In this document: piece after piece, positions 1 to 14,497 of the stretch
Layout: every line of letters starts with the position of its first letter
How positions within the stretch are numbered: the first letter of the stretch is position 1
NCBI GenBank assembly: GCA_051047955.1
Contig: JBPGPT010000001.1
Span: 1,178,001-1,216,928 of the forward strand
Reading direction: 5' to 3'
Length of the DNA: 38,928 bases
From: Cystobasidiomycetes sp. EMM_F5
Taxonomy: Eukaryota
The notes under the pieces: model-generated
Database searches by the model: none
What the model was told of the DNA's origin: nothing
The model's input: only the letters and a program-made list of their open reading frames with translations
Position numbers and translations under genes: made by a program

Positions 1-44
1 CGATGAGTCAACAAGGATCTATTCTGACGTGAAGTATTCCGCAG

Positions 45-1235
45 CGACTCGAACGACGCGAACCTGAATGTACGAGCACCAGCATACGAAGCTCTATCCA
101 CTCTCGCCACTCACTCTGCAAACGATACCTTACCAGCCGTCTCGAAGCTGTTGCTAACCATACTCGACCGGTCTGAACAGCTTCTGGGCATGCAAAACCA
201 GATTGTGTCGTCGGATGACCGCAACAAGTACAATGAGCTACAAATCAGCTTTTGTGGCGTGCTGAATGCCATTGTCCGACGTCTCGGCAAGCAAATTCGA
301 CCGTTAAGCGATAGAATCATGAACCTTCTCCTACTTCTCATTCAATCGTCTGCTCGTTCTTCTCCTATCCTCGAAGATGCTTTCCCGTGCGTTGGTACTA
401 TGGCAAGTACCCTCGAAGCCGATTTTGCGCCATATGTCCCTCCTTTCCTCCCCTTCCTTGCGAATGCTCTTGCAGCTCACGAAGAGTATACTCTGGTAGG
501 CACCGGCGTAGGTCTCGTTGGCGATATTTGCAGAGCTCTCGGCGAGGCTGCCCAGCCTTACGTCGAGGCCTTTTTGAGCGCGCTAGTTATGGATCTGCAG
601 TCCTCTGTCCTGCATCGATCGGTCAAACCACCCATCTTTGCGTGTTTCGGAGATATCGCTTTGGCCGTGGGTGCCAATGGCTTTGAGCCGTACGTCGAGG
701 CGACAATGTCCGTCCTCGCTCAGGCAGGCGGTATGCGAGCAGATCCTACAAACTACGATATCATCGAGTATGTCAATGTACTGCGAGAGGGCCTCATGGA
801 AGCGTATACTGGCATCGTCGGTGCCTTCAAGCAGACGCCAAAATGTAAGTAATCCACGTCGGATGCCGTGGTACATGGGCTAATCGCGCTCATCGCATCG
901 CATAGCCCCACTCCTCATTCCCTACATGCCAACCATATTCGCCTTTTTGCATATCGCTCTGACGGATCCTGAACGTTCAGAAACGATTGTCAAGTCTGGC
1001 GTCGGTCTCATTGGCGATTTGGCATCTGAGTACCAAAAAGGCGAAATTCGCGAACCGTTGATATCAGAATGGGTTCAGGAGAGCATAAAATCTGCAAGGA
1101 CCCGCAGCGGAAGTCAGGAGATCAAGGCGCTTGCCAAATGGGCAAAGGAGGTATGTCATGATGTGAAGAACACGGTATGTACAATCTGATGCTGTTCTCG
1201 TAATTTCACAGATGGTGCGGATAGCAACCAGATAG
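45..1235 (+). CDS. KAP95: Importin beta-1 (karyopherin beta), 3' part; gene starts before the window
   Basis: Exons 45-844, 906-1150, 1212-1235 splice in frame through GT-AG introns. HEAT-repeat C-terminus: RAPAYEAL, LHRSVKPPIFACFGDIALA, YVNVLREGLMEAYTGIV, GLIGDLA; ends WAKEMVRIATR*. Confidence 0.92.
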
Positions 1236-1659
1236 CCGGACCGCGTGCCTTTATGCCATTCTTCCCATACACCAACACTTGTAATTCTCTTGCACTCTCA
1301 TCATGGGACTCTCTAATCACGCAGCCTTCGTCAATTTCCGCAACATCTTACACCTATAGACAACGTCGGTATGGACAGGCAATAGACTCTTCGACAAAAC
1401 ACCCTCTCCTGACGGGACCGGGCGACACTCGAAGAACGCGTCCTCACATCTCAGGACTCTACATAGCGATTGCACTGCTTGTACATCGCATAACCAGTCC
1501 AATTGGCTATTCCTCAATAGAGAGCCCATCAGCATCCCTCCACTGTAGCAAGGCTTTCACGCAACATCGTGTGTATCACCAGACAGTAAAACGACAAGCA
1601 GCCGACTAACGGTCCATTCTGCCAAACATTTACGAAAATATCCTTCTTGTCGTGGACTG

Positions 1660-2275
1660 TATCCAGCAAGAATACGCCCCGCGAAAAGCTCAACAGCCGG
1701 TTCATTAAAGAGACCGCAGCCGAGTGTACGCCTCAGATGAGTTTGACGCCAGCATCGCGTACTACTCCCCTTCATTTTCACATCTTTCGCTTTCGCTTTC
1801 TCCCTGCAAGGTGCCTTGCAGGCTTCCCCTTCGTCCGGTCCGCTAGTCTCTACTACCGAGCCTCCGTGCAGCCAATACATTTGGCTACTATCACGCTAGC
1901 GGCGAAAAAGGCATGCATCGTGGGCGGACGAACAGGACACTGACTGAGGTCATCTGGACAAGGTGCCTCCTTCTTGTTCAGCCGACGCACCTCGGGTGTG
2001 GTCTCAAGATCTCGGTTTTAGGAGATAGTAGGTCGTTGCGCTACAGCGACTATATTCTTACTACTCTCCTCTTTACTGTCTCACCCCGCAAAATGCGGGT
2101 GAGTTTGTGATTGTGAGGCAGCCGTACGTGCTACAGTAGCTAGCGGGTCATGTAATGGATGAACTCAGGCATGCCAGGGCTGCGTTTGATTTAAGCCTCT
2201 CAGTTTGCCCTTTAATCCATCTCGGATCCCGCCTTTTTGCCGCCGACCCTTGCCTGACGCTTTTCGTGCCTGGAC
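1660..2275. ncRNA. Candidate structured non-coding RNA or foldback element, family unidentified
   Basis: Dense hairpins at 1803-1822, 1955-1980, 2022-2068 and 2080-2103, plus nested long-range inverted repeats 1682-1689/2259-2266 and 1899-1912/2231-2243. No credible CDS in the region. Confidence 0.4.
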
Positions 2276-2416
2276 CGCCAGGCCAGCGCCCAAGGTCCAA
2301 CCTCGCATCACACAAACACACGAAAATATCGGACGACAGCTTAGCAGGACGGTGGGATACCGGAGCAGTGATCCAAGATCCGACAACCAGCCCACTTCAA
2401 CCGTGCCATCTTCGCC

Positions 2417-4001
<1,585 letters not shown>

Positions 4002-4255
4002 ACATTTGTATGTCACAGCAAGTTGGTGCATATACTATTCTGCAAGAACAAGACGTCAGAATTGCATACTTAGACGAGTCGAGCCCGAAAAGCTACATGG
4101 GATATTCACTTCAGATTTATGTGTATCGCCAAACGGTTGTAGTTCAGGATGCAATAGCAAGTGGCTTAATGACGACCAACGTGGATGTGCGATGTATGCG
4201 CATGTTGGCGACCATGTTCTGACAGTTAATTTGCGACTTCTCACCAATCACTGCC

Positions 4256-5668
4256 ATGTCTATGCATGATCTTGATGCGTGGCTGTCGCAGATCAGAGCA
4301 TGTAATCCACTGACTGAGCCTCAGATGAAGCGGCTGTGTTCTATCGTCAAGGCCCAACTGCTTGAGGAAAGCAATATCCAACCAGTGTCATCGCCAGTCA
4401 CGGTCGTCGGCGATATTCATGGACAGTTCTGGGACGTTCTCGAGCTGTTCCGGATAGCAGGAGAATGCCCAGATACCAGCTACGTCTTCATGGTATGTCG
4501 CGCATAGAAAGTATCGACGTTAACTTGACGGAGGCATACATGGAACAGGGCGACTTTGTTGACCGCGGGCATTTTTCGCTGGAAACCCTCACTCTGCTGC
4601 TAGTACTGAAAGCTAGGTGTGATAAGGTCTCTGAATGCGAAAGCTTCGCAAAGCTGAGGCAATCGCATTGCGCTGTGGGCATAGATACCCTGATAAAATA
4701 ACACTTATACGAGGCAATCACGAATCAAGGCAGATCACACAAGTGTATGGGTTTTACGGTACGATTCTGTCCTTTGCGCTGGTAGGAAGAGGCGAGCCTT
4801 GACGACTATCCTAGACGAATGTCAACAGAAATACGGCAATGCGAATGTCTGGAGGTTGTGTTGCGATGTGTTCGATTATCTTAATCTGGCGGCTGTACGT
4901 ATTTGCATACTTCTGCAATACTTTCGTATTGATGTTTGAATCTTGTAGATTGTCGATGGCGAAATCTTATGTGTTCACGGAGGCCTGTCGCCTGAAATAC
5001 GGACACTAGACCAGATTCGAGTCATAGCTCGTGCGCAAGAAATACCACACGAAGGTGCTTTCTGCGGTAAGTCCTTCGGCCCTATTTTGCCAAGCGCGAC
5101 ACTTACGCTTTATCTCGTATAACAGATCTCGTATGGTCAGATCCTGAAGACGTGGAAGCTTGGGCGGTTTCGCCTCGGGGCGCTGGATGGTTGTTTGGTG
5201 CCAAAATTACACAAGAGGTACGTGATAAGTGGTATGTATTGGTATATCACGCGTTTGACAATGTCTTCGCGAACGGCGTTTCCCAGTTCAATCACGTAAA
5301 CTCCATATCGCTTATTGCGCGGGCTCATCAGCTCGTTCAAGAAGGCTTTAAATACATGTTCGCTCCCGAAAATAGCTTAGTGACGGTCTGGTCAGCGCCG
5401 AACTACTGCTATCGCTGTGGCAATGTCGCCTCTGTTATGGAAGTGCGGGACGGCGGCCAAGTCGATGCCGAGTCTTTCAAAATATTTGATGCTGGTGAGG
5501 CGTTCACCGGGTATGAGTCAAATCAAAAATGTGCTGAGACACTATGTGCTGCAGTCGCTGGGCAAGACCGGATGCCACCCAACCGTTTCAATCCTCCTGC
5601 TTCGGTAAGCGCAGAAGAATGCTCGACGCGCAAAGTTCTGAGCTTGGTTCCAGCAATATTTCTTGTGA
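4256..5668 (+). CDS. SIT4: PP2A-related phosphatase Sit4/PP6 catalytic subunit
   Basis: Multi-exon. [18 protein letters not shown] plus Sit4-type segments [57 protein letters not shown]. Final exon 5654-5668 encodes QYFL*. Confidence 0.9.
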
Positions 5669-5865
5669 TTTCAGGCTTTCTCGTCAGTATCTGTCGTTGT
5701 ATCACATCCTCTAGCGTCCTATTTGCGCAAGAATTGGTCGCTTGCCCTAACTAGTAATATACTGGAAAAGACCGGCAGTGCTCCAGGACATAGCTCACGC
5801 GGTTCTGAATACAAAGTACAGCAACGGAAATGGTTTGGTACAGCGATGACGCTGAGACAACCGGA

Positions 5866-8182
5866 CTAGCTCTCTCTGGCAACCTCTCGCACCGCGTCCT
5901 GGAATATTTTGATACCTCTCGCCATGTCTTGCTCGGAAATATTCAAAGGCGGAATGAAGCGAATCGTTTCGTAGACCGAGGTGGTCAGGATGAGCATTCC
6001 GCTCTCCATGCATTTAGCAGCCACGCGCGACGCCAGCTTCTCTGGCGGTAAACGCTCGGAAGAAGCTATCGCCACATTGTCAGAAGCGTTCGCGTCCTTC
6101 GGCAGCGCGAAGCCGAAGGCAGGCTTTGGCGAGTTGAATTCTACGCCGATCATTAGACCCAAACCGCGGACATCTGCAATGAGGTGTGATGTTTCTGGCG
6201 ACTGAACGAGTTCACGGAGTCCAGCCAGTAACTGTTTCGACCTTCTCACAGCGGAATCAGTGCGAGCATCCTGCACGCGCCTGTTACATACCTTGCCTGA
6301 ACGTTGTCCAAAATGTGCTCTTCCCGCATGACCTGGGCGCACGCAACACCAGCTGCGCAGCTGACTGCGTTACCTGCGTATGTTCCGCCTTGGGATCCTG
6401 CTGGCTGCTTGTCCGCGAGGTGCTTGGCAGTCACAATGCCCGACAGCGGGAACCCCTGCATCCACCGTCAGCGCTTAAGCTTTACTATGGGTACGAAGTT
6501 GTGACAGACGTTCGCAATACCTTTCGCCATGATCATTATGTCAGGTCGCAAACCAGGCGAAATAGTCTCAATCGCGAAGTAGGTTCCACACCGACCAAAC
6601 CCCGATTGTACCTCATCAATGATGAGAAGGATACCCTCCCTGTCGCATATCTTGCGTAGTCCTTCCAAGAAGTACTTGTTTGCCGGGACATAGCCTCCTT
6701 CGCCTCTGCATGGAATCGTCCGAATAGATGGTAAGGCGCTAGGCAACCGCAGATTTGCCCACGCTTACAAGACAGGTTCCAGTAGGATAGCAGCAGTGTC
6801 TTTCGCCGACGTCTGTTGTGCCAAGATTAACTCTACTTGGTACAAACAGCTCTCCGCCATTTCCTTCGCTGATGTCGACTTCGGCACACCCATTTGCCTC
6901 CAATACGGGAAAGGCACTGTGTATGTACCGGGCTGCGTATACATGTCAGTTGCCGTAAAATGTTGAGAAGCGATGAAGATAGAGAGTGTTCTCACCATGA
7001 CAGGGTGAAAGCCGGCTGAGTAGATAGTCTTCGAGGTGGTGAGTGCCATCGTGCCAAATGTACCTGTACATGCTGTCTTTAGGCAAACGCGATCTGGGCA
7101 CGAGCTGACTTACGCCCATGATAGCTGCCTTGTACGTTAATAATGTTCTGTCTGCCAGTCGCCATTCGAGCTAGCTTTACTGCCGCTTCTACCGCTTCTG
7201 CGCCCGAATTCCACAAGAAGAACGTATCCAGGGACGGATCTAGATTTCCGTTGCGTCAGACTTATCGAAGGAGCGGCCCAGCACTAATACCACCGACGAG
7301 GCATTACAGGAAGGAGACTGTTGAGCAGTTCCTGGAAGGCGGATGTGTTTAGACTCGCATTGAGAACCTACTCTATCATCTTACCAGATACGGCTTCGAG
7401 AAGCCAATATTCACCTTGACAAGAGATTCGAGATGCGAAGCGTCAGAAGCTGCATGTTCCGTTACAACGCGAAAGCTCAGGGGTGTGTGGTTACCTGGGC
7501 GTGTACCTGCGCAAAATACGTTTTCAGCGCTTGTAGACCTGAGATTGCTGTGCTGGATTGATACACACTATCTCTCCACATTGCTTTTGAGCAGCCTTTG
7601 TCACGGTTGGATGACAATGACCTAGATTCGCTACTCCAATACCGGATGTGCTGCACAACAAAGTTGAGGTACGTCAGTCAATGACTTCAGTAGAAGGCAG
7701 CATTCGCACAAGTCTAGCATGCGGCGTGTATCAGCAGTACCGTTAGTTGTGAAGCCTAGAGATACGAAAGACGAGGGGGAGCGTCAGGACTACGATTAGG
7801 ATGAGTATAACAGGGTTCCTCAAACTTGCTCGCGTCTGCAGGCGCAGTAGTGACCCAAGATCCTAAGAAGAAGGCTTAGCTTCTGTCCCGCTGCTCTTGC
7901 GTTTGCGGAGTTTACCTTCCCCCTTGACCTGCGTCCGGCGGCATGATATCATGGGTCAGTGTTGCCGAAAGACTTGCTAGGCCTGAGCAGAGCCGAAAGA
8001 GCACACCATGACATATTCGCTGGATCTTCCGACGCCTTTGACGACGTGCTGCCGCTGTCACGACCCCTCAGCTTCCGTGTCTGCCTTCGTTACTCTGAAT
8101 AGCAAACCCCAAAGTCCACCAGCGTTTGTGTAGCTGCTCGTGTGCGACCAGTCGTCGACAGAAGCCGCTGAATCGTCTTCAT
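5866..8182 (-). CDS. Class-III PLP-dependent aminotransferase (4-aminobutyrate/ornithine aminotransferase-like), probable mitochondrial leader
   Basis: Spliced reading MKTIQRLLSTTGRTR...MLDFTSGIGVANLGHCHP...NSGAEAVEAA...SYHGRT...DEVQSGFGRCG...MAKGIANGFPLS...VRGLGLMIGVEF...IRFIPPLNI. Contains 12- and 13-nt micro-exons. Confidence 0.9.
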
Positions 8183-8485
8183 TATGCAGCACGCGAATGC
8201 CTTTGTCGGTCAAACCAATAGGCAATTGCAAACAAGCAACCAACTTGCAACATGAGACAAGTTCAGGAGCAGAAAGCTTCGTCCGACAAGTGATATTCTG
8301 ACGTGCTACAATCCATTGCTAGTAAGCTACAAAATATTAGTGATACTACTCAGGGGACGAGCTACATAGATCTCCGTTGATCATGGCAACAACTGCGAAA
8401 GGCTTGGGCGAAACAAGGGTGGTCGCCATGTAGAGTCTGTCGACAGCAGAGAGGGCGAAGGCAGTGTGGCATCTACGCGAGTTCA

Positions 8486-9578
8486 TCATTTCTTCCCTGG
8501 AAGAGTTCCAGGCTTGACGAAGTCTTTGCTGAGATCAATACCCATTTCCTTGAGATGGACATTTTGTATTTTTATACGACGATTTGTTCCCTTCTTTGCC
8601 TTGCCCTTCTTCTTATCCGTAACGACAGGTGTATCAGTCGCAATTGTCGCTGTAGTTTTCATGCCACCTGTAGAAACATCATCCGGTTTTCAACTTTGTT
8701 AGGTTCCGTCGCGACAATTGAAACCAGCAAAACGAGCGTACCTTCTTCCAGCTGCTGACCAATAGATATTGCGTCGGGCAGCTTTAGTCCATGCCACATA
8801 GAATGAAACTCTGTGCAACACCTTCTGTGTCAGTGAATTTTCTGCACGTTGACCAGATGCAGGGATATGACGTACCGGGATCCACCCCAGGCTGTCGACC
8901 GAGTTCGTCCCAGAAAGCAAACTTCATCTGTCCTTCACGCTCTGCGGTGCCTGCACTCCGCCACACCAACACTTTACCATCTGACTCCAACTCCCCGATA
9001 GCTTGTTTGGCATTCGGCCACGATTCTTGCAACTTATTAACTGACATGCCGCCTCTCGGACTGTACCTCCGCAAAAGTGCTAGTAGTTCGTTGTTGTTGC
9101 GAATCTCATAGTCCGGCTGTTCGAAAGTACGGCGGCCATTCAGTATACAAAATACAAGCAACATATGCGACGGGCAAACACACCTTGTAGCTGAAAAGCC
9201 CGAGCTTTTCATCGTACTTCACTTTGTCATGAGCTTTGAGAGCCTCTAGGAGCTCAGTGTTGTGCAGCAACGCCTCGACCCGCGAATGAACCGCTAGATC
9301 GTCCAACCGTGTGGGTGCATTCTTCTCCTTTAGATAGCCAACAGCGTAGATGAGCTGTGTGTGAAAGTGGTGTCCTACTCCTGAACTGTTAGGCTGAGAC
9401 GTTGTCGCGCCTGTGCAGCACTTCGATGTCAGAACCTGAAGGCAGCCGCTGTTATACGAGTGGATTGACCAGCTCCAACTCTGGGTTTCTTGGGCTTTTG
9501 GGCCGAGGTGTTCTGGGCATCCTTAGCATCTCGCTTCACCCCAGGTGAAGCCTGATTGTCTGGCTGATTGGCTGACAT
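8486..9578 (-). CDS. TFA2: Transcription initiation factor TFIIE beta subunit
   Basis: Spliced exons give HFHTQLIYAVGYLKEK...FSYKPDYEIRNNNELLALL...LQESWPNAKQAIGELESDGKVLV and a basic C-terminus RRIKIQNVHL, typical of TFIIE-beta. Confidence 0.88.
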
Positions 9579-9743
9579 GGCATTTGGCAGGAGCCTAAGC
9601 CTGATGACTCCTGCAGCAGCAACAATAACCATTGCCACCGTACAGCGCACACAATAAGCTGACACTCGCATAATAACGAGTGTAAAGGCAATTCATGGTC
9701 ACCAGCGGTGACTCACCACATACAAATGACAGATTAACAACAG

Positions 9744-11509
9744 CTACGAAAACGTGTCAGACTGAATGATTGACCGCAAGTTCGGTATTCGCGGTGCGAT
9801 ATTCGCCGCGAAGGGATTCGGGTGCGTGAGATTCGAGTTGCGGAAATCCAAGTCGTCTACAGGTATCTCTATGCCACTCGCGTCCAGCATGGGCTTGATC
9901 GAAAACGCCCACAGGATATTGGCCGTGTTGATGAATATGGAGGCTTCCGCTACGTGTCGACCTGGGCACGACCGTCTTCCAAACCCAAAGTCGTAAGTCT
10001 TCAGCTCGTCGTTGAACTTTACGTCGTCCCCTTTCTTCATCAAGAATCTATCTGGGCGGAAATTCTCGACGTCCTCGCCGTAGTATGCAGTATCGCGATG
10101 TATCGCCCAATGGTTGCCTTGTAATGTAGTCCCAGCTGGTATGAAGTACTCCTCGTACGTAATATCGGAAGTTGCCTTGTGCGGCGTTCCAGTAGCACTG
10201 ACCGGCCGCCAGCGTGAGCTCTCACTGATGAAGGCCCGAAGTTGGCTGTGGAGACCTGACATCAGGAAAGACTCTTGTTGAGGGGTATTGGACACTCACT
10301 GCAGCTCATCGAAATCACTGAACGAAGGCATTCTTTTCTGTCCAACCACACGGTCCATTTCGTGCTGGACTACTTTTTGAGCTTCCGGGTACTTCAAAGC
10401 CGCGAGAATGCAGACATTCAAGGCTGCGCTTGTGGTGTCACTACCCGCGCCAAATAGTGAGCCACATGCTGCGGCAAGCTCGTCATCTGTGAGCTCGAAT
10501 TCTGCCTGTCGTTGCGACATCCAGCTGACAAAGCACGGATCGGCTGTGCCAGCGCTGAGCCTTTGGCGCGCATCCTTCAGTTGATCTCGGAACAACGTTA
10601 ATTCTTCCTTCGACCACTGTTTGACCTGATTTGTATACCCAGGCACGTCTGAAGACCAACGATGCCAACGTTCTGCATCAGCGTGTACCAAATAAAATGT
10701 CCGAAAGCGCCTACATCGCAGAAACGGCAGCGCTTCCACCCAGAATGCTCCGTTCCGCATGCACAGACCGAGACGGTACAATGTCTCGACAATTCTGGTG
10801 ATGTCATAGTCCGTATATCGTGCTTGCGTGGTGCGTCCGTACGCCAGATTTAACACGACCTACAAGGTCGTGGCTCAGCCTTGCGGACATTCGCACAATA
10901 TCACGAAACCAACGGAGGCGGCATATGTGCGAGTATGCGCTTGGAACTCGGCAGGGTTGTCGAGCAGATCGAGCATCAGTACCCGCGAGTTCTTAGTCTG
11001 TACCGGTCTCATCTGCTTTGCCTGGTCCGGCTGCAGCGGGTGATGCATCGCTTTCCGCAGACGACCTGCAGTTCACTTAATCAGCCACGAGTCATGTTGA
11101 TGGAAAACTGTATCATACGCCATTGCTCATTATGGTCCACTAACAATATACGTTGTCCTCGCGACAATAGCTCGCCAGCCATAATTGCCCTGGGCCGACC
11201 CGCAGTCTCCCCAGCGCGTTTATTCAAGATTCCTTCCGCATCCTTCACGGAAGATATGAATATGGTTGGCCGACTGCCTATCCAAATAGTCAAAAGCGGT
11301 CCATAGTGTTTCGACAGATCGTAAAAGTGGCGCCAAGGATGGATCTCAGGTATCCTGTTACCCAGGACGGGTAGAGGCTTCGGTCCAGGCGGGAGGCGGC
11401 TATATATCCCGCGAGAGCGGCGACTGAATGTTAGGATGCTGAAGACGGCTCCAAGAGCCAAACTAAGCAGCAATGGCGTAGTTGATACGGTTAAGCGTAT
11501 ATCAAGCAT
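9744..11509 (-). CDS. Cytochrome P450 monooxygenase
   Basis: N-terminal TM helix and PPGPKPLPVLGN hinge, I-helix AGSDTT, ExxR (ESSRWRP), FRPDRF, heme motif FGFGRRSCPG; several introns. Confidence 0.93.
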
Positions 11510-12471
11510 GGTCGAACGATCAGATAAGGCGGCTTTCGATACAGAAGAGGAGGAAGGAGCAGTGAGAAACCCGTAGGTGGAGCATTATCGACCCAGGCGG
11601 ATGCGACACCGATATCTTCTCGGTTGCCGGTTCGCCGTCACCGTCGCGTTCCCGAACACGTCACGTGCAACCTGAAAGCGAGGAAGAATAAAGTGCCGGC
11701 GTATGCCGTTTTTATTTGGTGAACAGGGTCTTCCGGTGCTCTGCAGGATCCTTTCGCTGCAAGACTGTGCTGTGTGTCAGCTCTCAACCCTCCCTGACTT
11801 ACTATGAATTCACACCTTCAAACCCACAAGACATGACCAGGGCAAGATTAGTGTTTTCAGATCAACAAAAGGCGGAAACGCCGATATTCCGAGCGATAGT
11901 ATGGACAGCCTAGCCGCAATTAAGCTCATACGCAGCCATAATTGCGGTTCCAGAAGAATGGACTGTGATGATCACCCGCTTAACGGGTCTATGCACTACC
12001 AGAAGATGCGTTTCTGACAATGGGCTCAATGACACGGACAACTTGACACCGCTCGCCTGCACCCAAATCAAAGAAGACCTTCTTCTGTTGTCATCGTCAT
12101 CATCCCGCCTTCGCCAGTCCTACCGTCGAGACGACGGGAAGCTCTGGCTCTGCAAATAAGAACGTCGAAAGCCGGAGAGGCAGGCACATCTTCGGCTTAT
12201 CTTTGAGGGCAGTTTATACCTTCTGTCAAGCACGCTTTCAGTGTCCGCTGGGCCAACATCGGTGTTCCTAGAAATTCGGCAACCTCCTAGACGATCTCAG
12301 CCAGCGACGGAGATAGAGCAATACCACAGGCTTCAGCAGATTTCGATACTCGCCGTTCCTTGCTTAATGCATGTACATTACAGCCGCATTTTATGTCAAA
12401 CGCTGCACGTTTGGGAGGGAAAAGCAGAAGAATAATAAACGAAGTCCAAAACTTCACTGAACGCCAACAAG

Positions 12472-14105
12472 ATGGGTAATTGCGGGTCCAGCCCAGAGGC
12501 TTCTGCTTCCTCTGCTCAGATGGGGCAGGTCACCTCGTTTTCTGAACAGGAAGATGCCGAACGTCGGAGTCGAGCTCTGGACAAAGAATTGAAGGACCTC
12601 CAATGTCGACTTGACAGTGAGATAAAAATACTACTATTGGGTGCTGGAGAGTCGGGAAAGACAACTGTGCTGAAGGTGAGTAATCCGATTCCGATATTCA
12701 ACTTCGTTGGCTGAGGAATTTGTGCGGGCAGCAAATGAAGGTCATTCATGCGATAGGCTTTTCCACAGAAGAGCTGGAAGAGTATCGCAAGCAGGTCTTT
12801 CGTAATCTATGGGATGGCATGCGGACTCTGCTGGAAGCAATGCAGGAATTGGAGCTACGACTGTCAAGCGAGCAAAACCGAGTGGGTACCAAGGCCAGCA
12901 GTTTACTCGAGCTCGCTAATGTTGTGGTGTGCAGGACTATTTATATCTGTTTGAGGACATGCCGCACCTAGCTGACGGACAAGCATATCCTCTGGAGTTC
13001 AAAAGACCATTACAAGAGCTATGGTCTGATGCCGGAGTACAAAGTGTGACACAGCGGTGGAGCGAAGTAGTCCTACCAGATAGCTTGAGCTAGTACGTAC
13101 GAATGCATGTGACTCTGGACTCGAGCTCATGTTACTGCAGCTTCTTCTCCGATATTGACCGGATATTTCATCCTGAGTTTATTCCCACGTACGACGATGT
13201 AAGCAGCATTGCGTAGAGTTTTGATTGTGGTCTGGGCAATTGACCCAGCCTCTCGACAGATCTTCCGCGTCAGAGCGAAGACGACAGGCATCACAGAAAC
13301 TATATTCTTACACAACTCCATCACGTACAGGTATGATTGTTCCACTTGAGCAGTCTTACAAACGTGTTGAGCAGTTACCACAGAATGTTCGATGTCGGCG
13401 GTCAGAGAAGCGAGAGGAGAAAGTGGATACATTGCTTCGAGAATGTCACTGCCGTACTATTCTTGGCGGCGATTTCAGGTTACGATCAAGGTCTTATTGA
13501 AGATCGGGACTCGGTGAATCTCGATTAGCTGCTCCTGTGCGCATGACATGCTTACTCTACCATCGTAACAGAATCAAATGCAAGAAGCGATCATGCTTTT
13601 TGACTCTATCTGCAATTCAACATGGTTCGTTAAGGCTTCAATGATCCTGTAAGCATCGCGTGCCCCTCCTTATCAATTCTAGGCGTGTTGGCAAAGCTGA
13701 CCGCTCGACGACAGCTTCTTGAACAAAATCGACGTGTTCCGAGAAAAAATTCTAACAAGTCCTGTCTCAAGATATTTTCCGGGTACGAAGTCGTTCTGTC
13801 AGAGGTTTGATGATAGTGTACTCACGAAGCCATTACCTTAAACACAGACTACAAAGGTCCGGAAGGGGATCTGAATGCGACTCGCGAATTCTTCAAAACG
13901 AAATTTATGAAACTGAACCGTACGGCCACCAAAGACGTATACTGTGAGCAGAACAACCACGCGCCTCCGTTGAATGGGACTTTCCCTTATTCGTTGGTGT
14001 TCAGGTCAATTCACTACTGCAATCGATACGACCTTGTTACGGGTCGTCATGGTCAGCGTTCAAGATACGATATTACAAAAGAACCTAGCAGCTATTGCAT
14101 TCTAA
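12472..14105 (+). CDS. Heterotrimeric G-protein alpha subunit (resembles fungal group II)
   Basis: MGNCGS acylation-type start; P-loop [45 protein letters not shown]; ends [11 protein letters not shown] (TAA 14103-14105). Confidence 0.93.
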
Positions 14106-14339
14106 GTACGAGAGCAAAAGACTGGTGAGGAGAAGCCCGAAGGACCTCTATTGTGCCTCACCCTATAGCTAGTTCACGATATGCCAAATGCCTGCCTGTA
14201 TCAAGAAGACCGGCGCAACCAGTGTGGAGTACTGTTGTTGTAATAGCTAGGACACTACGGAGAATACGCTGTTGATTTACAGCAAATTGCTGTCCTCCTT
14301 GACGCGCCTTGTTGTCGTGATCGAGACATCACAAGCCCC

Positions 14340-14345
14340 ACGCGT
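14340..14345. promoter_or_regulatory. Possible MCB (ACGCGT) cell-cycle element upstream of the kinetochore gene
   Basis: ACGCGT lies ~150 nt upstream of the Dsn1 ATG. A 6-mer can occur by chance. Confidence 0.25.
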
Positions 14346-14497
14346 CTCTGTTGGCAGCAGGAACACGCCAAATCAAGTAAATTGTGAACACTGCGCAATC
14401 AGGTCGACCTTCAAACGCTGCCTTGGACGGGACGTGACATTTGTGTACTCTGGCGGAGTGGCAGCGATTTGGCCAGGCTGGCGGGAATTAGGGCAGC

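Noticed and set aside
1841..2135. Group I (GAGACTA / ATATAGTC) or group II (GTGCG, GCACGTACGG) intron fragments
   Set aside because: The elements occur in the wrong order, no full domain V or P7 core can be built, and there is no host exon.
2140..2215. TPP riboswitch on the minus strand (AGGGC..CTGAGA..GCCCT..CCTGA)
   Set aside because: It lacks P3 and the GATC..TAAT..GCG..AGG half of the aptamer, and no thiamine gene is adjacent.
2025..2225. snR30/U17 H/ACA RNA (ATATTCTTA and AATCCAT resemble m1/m2)
   Set aside because: Both motifs mismatch, they are too far apart, and no ACA box follows.
11510..12471. Short ORFs in the divergent P450/G-alpha gap
   Set aside because: No recognizable motifs or coherent splice model; treated as promoter/UTR.
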